Assembly: GCA_038087875.1 (NCBI GenBank)
Contig: JAXLNO010000672.1
Coordinates: 1-64,000, forward strand
From: Malacoraja senta
Taxonomy: Eukaryota
Length of the DNA: 64,000 nucleotides
Reading direction: 5' to 3'
Of this stretch, positions 38,280 through 48,900 are shown one piece after another. The translations under genes were made by a program, and so were the position numbers. Below the pieces are notes generated by a model, which did no database searches, was not told the origin of the DNA, and saw nothing but the letters and a program-made list of their open reading frames with translations. Position 1 is the stretch's first letter. Each line of letters opens with the position of its first letter.

Positions 38280-39084
38280 AAGGAGGGTTTTTATGGTTAT
38301 GGGAGAGCTTTCATCTTAAAAATATCTAGAACCCTTCATGACAGTTGACTGATTCGTCCACAAACTGTCATTGGAAATCTATTTAACTGGTGGGCTGCTG
38401 CTACTTTAATTTTGGGGGGTTTATTTTACCAGTGTACAGCAGAGGTTTAGTAAAGTTTACCTCTTTACCTACAAGGCTTACATGGTGCAACGCTACTATC
38501 ATGTTTTGTTATAGCTTAACAAATGCTGTACACAATATTATCACTGTTAAGTCAGATTGAAATATTAAAAAATATTATTCCTTCAACTGCTATTTTTCCA
38601 ACTTACAATATACATGGTTCTGATGAAGGTTCATCAATCTGTAACGTTAACTCTTACTATTTCCATAGACAGTGATTGACCTGGTTCCAATATTTTACTG
38701 TTTGAGAAATCTAGTTGGAATATTTTGTTTGTGTGATTTGTAAGTAAATATTATAGTCTTGAAACTACATATTTCTTTTAAAAAAAGATGAATGATATCT
38801 CCATAATTTCATGGTTTTAAATTAGTGACTGTACACCAACTTTAAATCTGATTTGAATATCTTTTCTCATTGAATCATAAGACTATCAATATATATTCAG
38901 CATGATCCTAACATTTGAATACTTACAGAATTTTATTGTTTATAATTGAAAATAAAATAAACAGAACCAGAAATTGAAATAAAAGCAATTTCTGTTGAAA
39001 TGAATTTTAATTAAGGGTCATTACCATCCATGACCCACACAATGCTGCCGGAAATGTTCAGTATTTTCAATATTTTCTGCATTT

Positions 39085-39414
39085 AGAGTTATAGAGTCAT
39101 ATATAGCACGGCAACTGGCCCTTCAGCCAAACACCTTCCTGCCGACTAAGACGCCCATCTATGTTCGTCTTATTTGATTGAGTCAACAAGACACAACAAG
39201 AAAATGGGTCCTTCAGCCCACAGGGTCCACGCCAACCATCGATCACTCATTATCTTTAGTTCTATCTGATCCCACTTTCATATCCACTCCCTACACATTA
39301 GAGGCAATTTCACAGAGGCCAATTAACCAACAAACTCGCACGTTTTTGGGATGAGCACCTGTAGGAAATCCATTCATTCACAGGGAGAACGTGCAAACTC
39401 AACACAGACAGCAC
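39085..39414 (-). mobile_element. CR1 tail plus truncated HE1-type SINE
   Basis: gccaattaacc..cagggagaacgtgcaaactc..acagacagcacc, homologous to 38098-38208. Confidence 0.7.
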
Positions 39415-41235
39415 CCCACTCCTAAGCAGATGAGGGCTTTTCTGCGCTTGGTTAATTTCTGCCGGCAGGGAATCCCTGACGTGGCATTGTACACAAAACT
39501 ACTGTCGCCTGTGCCACTGCCAAGGCACCGCAGCAATTCAATTTGAATTCACTCTCTCATTCCAATACGAAGAAGACTTTCACAATTCACCAGCCACTTT
39601 ATGTGACGAACCTACAGCCCTCCCAGTGCAGCTGATATTTCTAAGTGCAATGCCCATACGGGCCGAGACTACAAAGCCTCCCAGGGGAATGCCCTATATC
39701 AAGCCTCCCAGGGGAATGCCTTAGCTGACAGTAGTGCCCGCACGGCAACTTGCGAATTCTGCACACTGGTCCCCACAGAACCAAACATTCTAATAGACAG
39801 AATGGTCTTGCCAGACATGAGGGAGGTTCAGGAATTACAGGGGCAAGCCTTTACTGCAGAACATAATTTTTGGAAATGAGGGGGCTGCGCCACTCTGGCT
39901 CACTGCTCTCGACAAATTTGAGTACCTGATATTTTTCTGCCCGTTCTTATATACGATATACACTCCCTTACACCTGCTGGTAAGGAGGAAATGGCCCGTG
40001 TCTAAGGGGGAGGGGGGGGAAGCAGCAGAGAGAGAGAGTGTCGAGTGGGATATAAGGGATGTGTAAATGTGTGTTTCGGGTCAAGACCATCCTTCAGTAT
40101 GTGTTGTATTTATTAATAAAGTATGAACATATTTGGGTATATCAAAATTTTAAGTTTGCATGATTTCCTTGAGAAGTGTATAACTGTGTTTTACTCTTGA
40201 GTGAGAATTTTATTGTTTTAAAGTGTGAATATCTGAGATTCAGCATATTGCATGATGTGCGGACATTTTGTGTGAAGGTCACAGAAAAGAGGGTGTAGAG
40301 CGAGTGAGTTTAAAGACTGTTACTTGTTTGTGGAACCGGTTCTGGGTTAATGTTGAATTAATCCTGTAATTCAGATGAAACAGGGTGCAAACATTGAATG
40401 AGTTTGCTTTTTTACATGATAAATCTTTGTAGAGTCTCATGTGTTTTAAGAGGTAGTGTCTCTTTAAGAAGTTGCAGTTGTGTGGGGGTGGAGCCAAACA
40501 CAGTTATTTTCTTTTCCTTTGTTCTTTGGAAATGCATTGGCTATCTATGTGGAAATTAACTGTTTATTCTCTGTCTTCTCAACTTTTATTAAACAGCGGA
40601 TGTGGCAAAGAGACTTTATTTTCTTCGCTGCATGGCCTGGCATTAGGATTGGTGACCTTGTCAGTATTTTAAGCCTGATTTCTTCCTATTTCTTACCTTT
40701 TTAATTGAGTTTAAGAGAGATCTGAATTGCACACTGGCCATGTGCAATCCAGATTGAGGTGTTGGTTGAGATTAGAAATGCCTTTATCTCAGAAAAAAAC
40801 CCTGTTAATTTGAAATTGTGAATTTGGAGGGATAGATTGGAATAGGACATGAAAGAGTTTAAGTAAAGCCTTGACTGAGACTGGACAGGAATGAGTTAAG
40901 GTATTCCCAGCCATTCTGACGGTTCAGAACAACCCCAGCTAGAGCGGAAGTTAGTTTTGACCTACAGGACCTTAGTGATTAATTAATTACATATGCACAG
41001 CAATTGACCCGAACCTTGTCAGTCTTACATTCGCAGGTATTGGAAATGCAGAAACCATTATCAGCTGATCATAACGATGAATCCTTACAACCAGGAGGCT
41101 ACGTACTAATAAGAAACTGGGAGAACGGTGGAAGGGGCCCTTCCAAGAACTACACCTACAGCAGTGAAAGTCGAAAATCATCCCCGTTGGATATACCTAA
41201 CCAATTGCAAAAGAATTGGAAACTGGAAAACGGAA
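39415..41235 (+). pseudogene. pol: ERV pol remnants (RT connection, RNase H, integrase), interrupted at about 40005-40790
   Basis: PKQMRAFLRLVNFCRQGIPD; ISKCNAHT..GNALADSSARTA; IHSLTPAGKEEM; LSKALTETG; LQPGGYVLIR..WKGPF..TTPTAVKV..WIYLTNCKR. Confidence 0.8.
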
Positions 41236-41269
41236 AATAAAATTAATAACTCTCCTCAGTGTCCAGGGA

Positions 41270-41745
41270 ATGGCCCAGGTGGCCTGGACTATATCTTTTT
41301 GTCTATGAGTTATGATTGCCGTTCCATTTAATAAAACTCGAGAACTGGTTCCAACCAAATTACAATCGGACACGTACGCCTCCATTTTTGCAACTGAATA
41401 ATGAGAGAAAATATTAAAATCCTTTCTTACTATAATGTTGATCATAAAGATCAACAAGGAGGCACCTGTGCTATAATAACACGAGAGTGTTGCACCTATA
41501 TCCCCAATGAGACCTCTAATATCACAGACCTTTCTACCCATTTTTCCCAAGAAATCAAAATGATCAGTAAGGTTGGCAGTGACATGCATGGGTACAATGA
41601 AGGAAGTGGAAGCTGGTGGCCATTCAGTTGGATTGGTGGACTCTGGGATAATGTGTTACATTATGGTACTATCTTTTTTAATCATCGCTCTGATTTTTAT
41701 TGTTCGATGCTTGTGCCCACTGTGTACCTACCGAGGACTGTGAAT
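41270..41745 (+). pseudogene. env: ERV env remnant (gamma-type TM subunit)
   Basis: QQGGTCAIITRECCTYIPNETSNIT (CX6CC), Trp-rich WWPFSWIGGLW, then a hydrophobic anchor after a frameshift. Confidence 0.85.
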
Positions 41746-41752
41746 GTTATCA

Positions 41753-42190
41753 TCTATATTACTAAAAGTCTCATCATGACCACTTCCTGTTGCACTCTAT
41801 ATTGATTTTAGAAAAAACGCTGCCACTTACGGCTGTGATTTTTGGCCATCTTACTAAGAGTCCCCGTCCGCTGGTCAGGACAAGAGGATTTTTCCTATCG
41901 ATGAAAAATAAAAGATTTATTAATGTTTGAAAAATGTTGAGATTCTCTCTCCTGAAGGCCTCGCCCCTTCCGGAGGGACTATAAAACCCGGAAGTGTGGA
42001 GGTGCCTCAGCACTCTACAAGATGGGAGAGCGAGAGATTGCAATTCTCATTCTGAGTTGTGAATAACACTGAACACATGTCTACTAAACTGTGAGTGGTT
42101 TTACTGAACTGTCAGTGCCCTTAATGTGGTTTGAAAATGTAGTTAAAAAATGCAAAAGTGCTTTTTGGTTTGAAAATGCAAAAGTGTTTT
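41753..42190 (+). mobile_element. Helitron-like 5' module leading into the satellite
   Basis: A|TCTATATTACTAAAAG start; second related copy at about 16680-17320; 3' terminus not in the window. Confidence 0.55.
41960..42096 (+). promoter_or_regulatory. Candidate Pol II core promoter motifs
   Basis: TATAAAA 41980-41986, CCGGAAGT (ETS-like) 41988-41995, CAAGATGG (YY1-like) 42018-42025, GTGAGT 42091-42096. Confidence 0.35.
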
Positions 42191-43097
42191 TTGGTTTGAG
42201 AATGCAAAAGTTGCCTTGCCTAATTGAAAAGCTGGTTTGAGAATGCCAACGTTGCCTTGCCTAATTGAAAAGTTGGTTTGAGAATACTAAAGTTGCCTTG
42301 CTTAATTGAAAAATTGGTTTGAGAATGCAAAAGTTGTCTTGCCGAATTGAAAAGTTGGTTTGAGAATGCAAAAGTTACCTTGCCTAATTGAAAAGTTGGT
42401 TTGAGAATGCTAACATTCCCTTGCCTAATTGAAAATTTGGTTTAAGAATGCTAAAGTTGCCTTGCCTAATTGAAAAGTTGGTTTGAGAATAAAAAAGTTG
42501 CCTTGCCTAATTCAAAAGTTGATTTGAGAATGCCTTGCCTAATTGAAAAGTTGGTTTGAGAATGCCTTGCCAAATTCAAAAGTTGGTTTAGGTATGCTAA
42601 AGTTGCCTTGCCTAATTCAAAAGTTGGTTTGAGAATGCCTTGCCTAATTGAAGAGTTGGTTTGAGAATGCTAAAGTTGCCTTGCCTAATTGAAGAGTTGG
42701 TTTTTAGAATGCTAAAGTTACCTTACCTAATTGAAAAGTTGGTTTGAGAATGTAAAAGTTGCCTTGCCGAATTGAAAAGTTGGTTTGAGAATGCTAATGT
42801 TACCTTGCCTAATTGAAAAGTTGGTTTGAGAATGCCTTGCCTAATTGAAAAGTTTGTTTGAGAATGCCAAGGTTGCCTTGCCTATGAAACGTTCGTTTGA
42901 GAATGCCAAAGTTGCCTTGCCTAATTGAAAAGTTGGTTTGAGAATGCCAAAGTTGCCTTGCCTAATTGAAAAGTTGGTTTGAGAATGCCAAAGATGCCAT
43001 GCGTAATTGAAAAGTTGGTTTCAGAATGCTTTGCCTATTTGAAAAGTTGATTTGAGAATGCCTTGCCTAATTGAAAAGTTGGGTTGAGAATGCTAAA
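42190..43097. repeat. 41-bp satellite, diverged edge block
   Basis: Tandem gagaatgcyaaagttgccttgcctaattgaaaagttggttt with 32-bp variants. Confidence 0.97.
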
Positions 43098-45560
43098 TTG
43101 GATAGTTTAGAACAAGAGGAATTAGGAGCACGGATTACTAGTGAAGAAATAAAACAAATAATAAACTCATTGAAAATTGGGAAGACCCCAGGACCAGATG
43201 GTTTTAGTAATGAATTTTATAAACGCTTTCAGGAGTCACTTGTACCAAGATTACTCAACTTATACACGCAGGCTTATACCGAAAATAAACTACCAGAAAC
43301 TTTAGCAGAATCAACAATAACGCTTATACCAAAAAAAGATAAAGATTTAGATGAACCGGGTTCTTACAGAGCTATATCACTTTTAAATACGGATCAGAAA
43401 ATTTTAGCAAAGATTCAAGCAAGAAGACTGAATAATTATATTAATAAATTGGTAAACCCGGATCAAACGGGATTTATACCCAAAAGACAATCATTTAATA
43501 ACTTGAGAAGGCTTTTCAATATAATGTACTCTCACAAAGAGGACATTGAAGATATTTCAGTCGTTACGCTGGATGCAGAGAAGGCATTTGATCAGGTAGA
43601 ATGGCAGTATTTATATAAGGTACTCGAAAAATTTAATACGGGAGAGAATTTTATTAGATGGGTTAAACTACTTTATGATAAACCTACGGCAAGAATATTA
43701 ACTAACAATATGTTATCTTCAACATTTTATTTATCAAGGGGTAATAGGCAGGGTTGTGCCTTATCACCATTGCTATTTGCCCTTATGATAGAACCACTGG
43801 CTGAAAGGATTAGAAATCAACCGAATATTCACGGATATAATACCAAGGACTCAAAGAATAAAATTTCATTATATGCTGATGATATTCTTTTATATATTAC
43901 TAATACACAAACGAGTATTCCCACCTTATTAACACTAATTGAGGAATTTGGTTCTTTTTCAGGATATAGAATAAATTGGAATAAAAGCGAAATCATGTCT
44001 TTAAAACCACAGGATGCGAGACACTTATTAAAATTCCTTTTCAAAATTGCAACAGAAAAATTCAAGTATTTAGGTATTCAAATTACGAGAAGACACAAAT
44101 CATTATTTAGCGCCAATTTTATGCCACTATTAAATAAATTGAATGTTTTGATTACATTTTGGAAACCGCTCCCACTCTCATTGATAGGTAGAATTAACAC
44201 TATAAAAATGACTTTCTTACCACAATTAATATATTTGTTTCAAGCGATCCCAATATATATTCCGAAATATTTTTTCAAAAAACTAGATTCTAATATCACT
44301 AATTTTATATGGGATTATAGAGCACACAGAATTCAACGAAAGCATTTGTGTAAACCGAAAGAAGTTGGGGGTTTATCACTACCTAACTTTACGTATTACT
44401 ACTGGGCAGTGCATATTAAGAACATAATGTACTGGTTGGATAGTTCAACTCACCAGTCGGAGTGGATAAGAATGGAAAAAGAGGAGTGTTTCCCGTACGA
44501 TATAGGAACGATCTTGTTCTCACCAATAAAATTGAATAGTATAATATATAAGAAGAACCCAATTATTCACAATACAATAAGAATTTGGAAACAAATAAAA
44601 TTATCCTTGAAATTAAATAATCTATCAGTATTAACCCCAATTCTGAATAATCCTGCATTCAAACCATCTCTTATCGATAAAACATATAAACAATGGGATA
44701 GATTGGGGATTAGGAAAGTAGGAGATATGTATGAACTGGGCAAATTGTTATCATTTCAACAATTAAAATTAAAATTTAAACTGAATGATAATCAATATTT
44801 TAAATATATACAGATATGTGACTTTATGAAGAAATATATACATAGATTTCAAACTATATTTTTAGACCCTTTAGAAGAAGCAATGAATATTAAGGCTGAT
44901 TCAGAAAAACTAATATCATATTTTTATAATAGTATATTAAATAGAGAATTACCCTCAACAGAGGCACTAAGAGAAGATTGGGAACATGAACTAATGATAA
45001 AGATCCAGAAAGATAAATGGGAAAAGTATCTGATGAATACACATAATTGTTCCATTAATGCAAGACATAATTTAATTCAATTTAAATTATTACATAGACT
45101 ATATTATTCAAAAACGAGGTTGAATACATTTTACCCAAATGTCTCTCCCAGATGCGATAAATGTTTGTTTCAAAATGCCAATATAACACATTCAATTGTA
45201 GGATGTACAAAGTTGAATACATTTTGGAGCGATATATTTGATATATTTACAAAGCTCTTCAAGTCAAGAATAGAACCTAATATGGAATGGATTATATTTG
45301 GAATAATATTAGAAGATATCAATTTAAACAAAGACCAAAAAGTATTCTTTAATTCTGGGTTAATAATTGGAAAGAAATTGATACTTAAATTTTGGAAAAA
45401 TACAGCTATACCAACTATTAAAATGTGGATTAGGAATATGACGGACATAGCACACCTTGAAGAAATGAGACTCCGCCTAATAGATAAATATGACCAATTC
45501 TTAAGGAGTTGGTCCCCTTTCATCGACTTTTTGGAATCATGTGATGCAGCACTACCGTAA
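43098..45560 (+). CDS. L1 ORF2 partial (RT + C-terminal CCHC region; endonuclease missing), about 820 uninterrupted codons
   Basis: KTPGPDGF, YRAISLLNTDQKILAK, DAEKAFDQVEW, RQGCALSPLLF, LYADD, KYLG, CDKC..H..C. No native start codon. Confidence 0.85.
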   Translation: MDSLEQEELGARITSEEIKQIINSLKIGKTPGPDGFSNEFYKRFQESLVPRLLNLYTQAYTENKLPETLAESTITLIPKKDKDLDEPGSYRAISLLNTDQKILAKIQARRLNNYINKLVNPDQTGFIPKRQSFNNLRRLFNIMYSHKEDIEDISVVTLDAEKAFDQVEWQYLYKVLEKFNTGENFIRWVKLLYDKPTARILTNNMLSSTFYLSRGNRQGCALSPLLFALMIEPLAERIRNQPNIHGYNTKDSKNKISLYADDILLYITNTQTSIPTLLTLIEEFGSFSGYRINWNKSEIMSLKPQDARHLLKFLFKIATEKFKYLGIQITRRHKSLFSANFMPLLNKLNVLITFWKPLPLSLIGRINTIKMTFLPQLIYLFQAIPIYIPKYFFKKLDSNITNFIWDYRAHRIQRKHLCKPKEVGGLSLPNFTYYYWAVHIKNIMYWLDSSTHQSEWIRMEKEECFPYDIGTILFSPIKLNSIIYKKNPIIHNTIRIWKQIKLSLKLNNLSVLTPILNNPAFKPSLIDKTYKQWDRLGIRKVGDMYELGKLLSFQQLKLKFKLNDNQYFKYIQICDFMKKYIHRFQTIFLDPLEEAMNIKADSEKLISYFYNSILNRELPSTEALREDWEHELMIKIQKDKWEKYLMNTHNCSINARHNLIQFKLLHRLYYSKTRLNTFYPNVSPRCDKCLFQNANITHSIVGCTKLNTFWSDIFDIFTKLFKSRIEPNMEWIIFGIILEDINLNKDQKVFFNSGLIIGKKLILKFWKNTAIPTIKMWIRNMTDIAHLEEMRLRLIDKYDQFLRSWSPFIDFLESCDAALP

Positions 45561-45899
45561 AGATTACTGATTTCAGGTCAGGTCGTGGATAGATTTACAT
45601 CTCCAAACAAAGATTTGAAAATTTCTTTTTTAAGGGTCTTTTTCTACTATTTCTACTTTCTATTTTTTCTTTTCTTATATACACACTTCACATTTTTCAA
45701 TTTTCTACTATTTATTTTTCCTCTTTCTTTTCTCTATTTTTTTCTTTCTTTATTTTTATTTTTTACCTCCTTTTCAAAAACATAAAACTAGAGGTTGTAC
45801 ATAGAATGCATTACGTTATGACATAGTTGGCACCTAAAATTAGGTGCCACTGTATTGTTTTGTATTGTATTAACTTCTAATAAAATAAACAAACAAACA

Positions 45900-45925
<26 letters not shown>
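43098..45925 (+). mobile_element. L1-clade LINE, 5'-truncated, with poly(A) and 12-bp TSD
   Basis: TSD gagaatgctaaa at 43086-43097 and 45926-45937; aataaa at about 45879; poly(A) to 45925. Confidence 0.93.
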
Positions 45926-45930
<5 letters not shown>

Positions 45931-48900
45931 TGCTAAAGTTGGTTTGAGAATGTAAAAGTTGCCTTGACGAATTGAAAAGTTGTTGAGAATGCTAATGTTA
46001 CCTTGCCTAATTGAAAACTTGATTTGAGAATGTCTTGCCTAATTGAAAAGTTGGTTTGAGAATGCCAAAGTTGCCTTGCCTAACTGAAAAGTTGTTTTGA
46101 GAATGCCAAAGTTGCCTTGCCTAATTAAAAAGTTTGTTTGAGAATGCCAAGGTTGCCTTGCCTAATTGAAAAGTTCGTTTGAGAATGCCAAAGTTGCCTT
46201 CACTAATTGAAAAGTTGGTTTGAGAATGCTAAAGTTGCCTTGCCTAATTGAAAAGTTGGTTTGAGAATGCCAAAGATGCCATGCTTAATTGAAAAGTTGG
46301 TTTCAGAACGATTTACCTATTTGAAAAGTTGATTTGAGAATGCCTTGCCTAATTGAAAAGTTGGTTTGAGAATGCCAAAGTTGCCTTGCCTAATTGAAAA
46401 GTTTGTTTAAGAATGCCAAAGTTGCCTTGCCTAATTGAAAAGTTTGTTTAAGAATGCCAAAGTTGACTTGCCTAATTGAAAAGTTGGTTTGAGAATGCCA
46501 AAGTTGCCTTGCCTAATTGAAAAGTTCGTTTGAGAATGCCAAAGTTGCCTTGCCTAATTGAAAAGTTGGTTTTAGAATGCCAAAGTTGCCTTCCCTAATT
46601 GAAAAGTTGGTTTGAGAATGCCAAAGTTGCCTTGCCTAATTGAAAAGTTGGTTTGAGAATGCCAAAGTTGCCTCGCCTCATTGAAAAGTTGGTTTGAGAA
46701 TGCCAAATTTGCCTTGCCTAATTGAAAAGTTGGTTTGAGAATGCCAAAGTTGCCTTGTCTAATTGAAAAGTTGGTTTTAGAATGCCAAAGTTGCCTTGCC
46801 TAATGGAAAAGTTCGTTTGAGAATGCTTTGCCTATTTGAAAAGTTGATTTGAGAATGCCTTGCCAAATTGAAAATTGGGGTTGAGAATGCTAAAGTTGCC
46901 TTGCCTATTAGACAAGTTGGTTTGAGAATGCTAAAGTTGCCTTGCCTAAGTGAAAAGTTGATTTGAGAATGCCAAAGTTGCCTTGCCTAATTGAAAAGTT
47001 GGTTTGAGAATGCCAAAGTTGCCTTGCCTAATTGAAAAGTTGGTTTGAGGATGCTAAAGTTGCCTTGCCTTATTGAAAACTTGGTTTGAGAATGCTAAAG
47101 TTGCCATGCCTAATTGAAAAGTTGATTAGAGAATGCCTTGCCTAATTGAATAGTTGGTTTGAGAATGCCAAAGTTGCCTTGCCTAATTGAAAGGTTGGTT
47201 TGAGAATGCCAAAGTTGCCTTGCCTAATTGAAAAGTTGGTTTGAGAATGCCAAAGTTGCCTTGCCTAATTGAAAAGTTGGTTTGAGAATGCCAAAGTTGC
47301 CTTGCCTAATTGAAAAGTTGGTTTGAGAATGCCAAAGTTGCCTTGCCTAATTGAAAAGTTGGTTTGAGAATGCCAAAGTTGCCTTGCCTAATTGAAAAGT
47401 TGGTTTGAGAATGCTGGTTGCCTTGCCTAATTGAAAAGTTGGTTTGTGAATTCTAAATTTGCATTGCCTAATTGAATAGTTTGTTTGGGAATGCTTTGCC
47501 TATTTGAAAAGTTGATTTGAGAATGCCTTGCCAAATTGAAAGGTTGGGTTGAGAATGCTAAAGTTGCCTTGCCTATTTGAGAAGTTGGTTTGAGAATGCT
47601 AAAGTTGCCTTGCCTAAGTGAAAAGTTGGTTTGAGAATGCTAAAGTTGCCTTGCCTAATTGAAAAGTTGATTTGAGAATGCCTTGCATAATTGAAAAGTT
47701 GTTTTGAGAATGTCAACGTTGCCTTGCCTAATTGAAAAGTTGGTTTGAGAATGCTAAAGATGCCTGGCCTAATTCAAAAGTTGGTTTGAGAATGCTTTGT
47801 CTATTTGAAAAGTTGATTTGAGAATGCCTTGCCTAATTGAAAAGTTGGGTTGAGAATGCTAAAGTTGCCACCTAATTGGAAAGTTAGTTTGGGAATGCAA
47901 AAGTTGCCTTGCCTTATTGAAAAGTTGGTTTGAGAATGCTAAAGTTGCCTTGCCTAATTGAAAAGTTGATTGGAGAATGCCTTGCCTAATTGAAATGTTG
48001 GTTTGAGAATGCCAAAGTTGCCTTGCCTAATTGAAAAGTTGGTTTGAGAATGCCAAAGTTGCCTTGCCTAATTGAAAAGTTGGTTTGAGAATGCCAAAGT
48101 TGCCTTGCCTAATTGAAAAGTTGGTTTGACAATGCCAAAGTTGCCGTGCCTAATTGAAAAGTTGGTTTGAGAAGGCCAAAGTTGCCTTGCCTAATTGAAA
48201 ATTTCATTTGAGAATGCCAAAGTTGCCTTGCCTATTTGAAAAGTTGGATTGCAAATGCCAAAGTTGCTTTGCCTAATTGAAAAGTTGGTTTGAGAATGCC
48301 AAAGCTGCCTGGCCTAATTGAAAAGTTGGTTTGAGAATGCCAAAGTTGCCTTGTCTAATTGAAAAGTTGGTTTGAGAATGCCAAAGTTGCCGTGCCTAAA
48401 TGAAAAGTTAGTTTGAGAAGGCCAAAGTTGCCTTGCCTAATTGAAAAGTTCATTTGAGAATACCAAAGCAGCCTGGCCTAATTGAAAAGTTGGTTTGAGA
48501 ATGCCAAAGTTGCCTTGCCTAATTGAAAAGTTGGTTTGAGAATGCCAAATTTGCCTTGTCTAATTGAAAAGATCATTTAAGAATGCTTTGCCTAATTCAA
48601 AATTGATTAGAGAATGCTTTGTCTACATGAAAAGTTGGTTTGAGAATTCCAAAGTTGCCTTGCCTAATTGAAAAGTTGGTTTGATAATGCCAAGTTGCCT
48701 TGCCTAATTGAAAAGTTGGTTTGAGAATGCCAAAGTTGCCTTGCCTAATTGAAAAGTTGGTTTGAGAATGCCTTGCCAAATTGAAAAGTTGGGTTGAGAA
48801 TGCTAAAGCTGCCGTGCCTAATTGAATAGTTGGTTTGAGAATGCCAAATTTGCCTTGCCGAATTGAAAAGTTGTTTTGAGAATGCTAAAGTTGCCTTGCC

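Noticed and set aside
43071..43097. N-terminus MKSWVENAK of the 829-aa ORF as a real start
   Set aside because: It is satellite/TSD sequence with a TTG codon, and the L1 is 5'-truncated.
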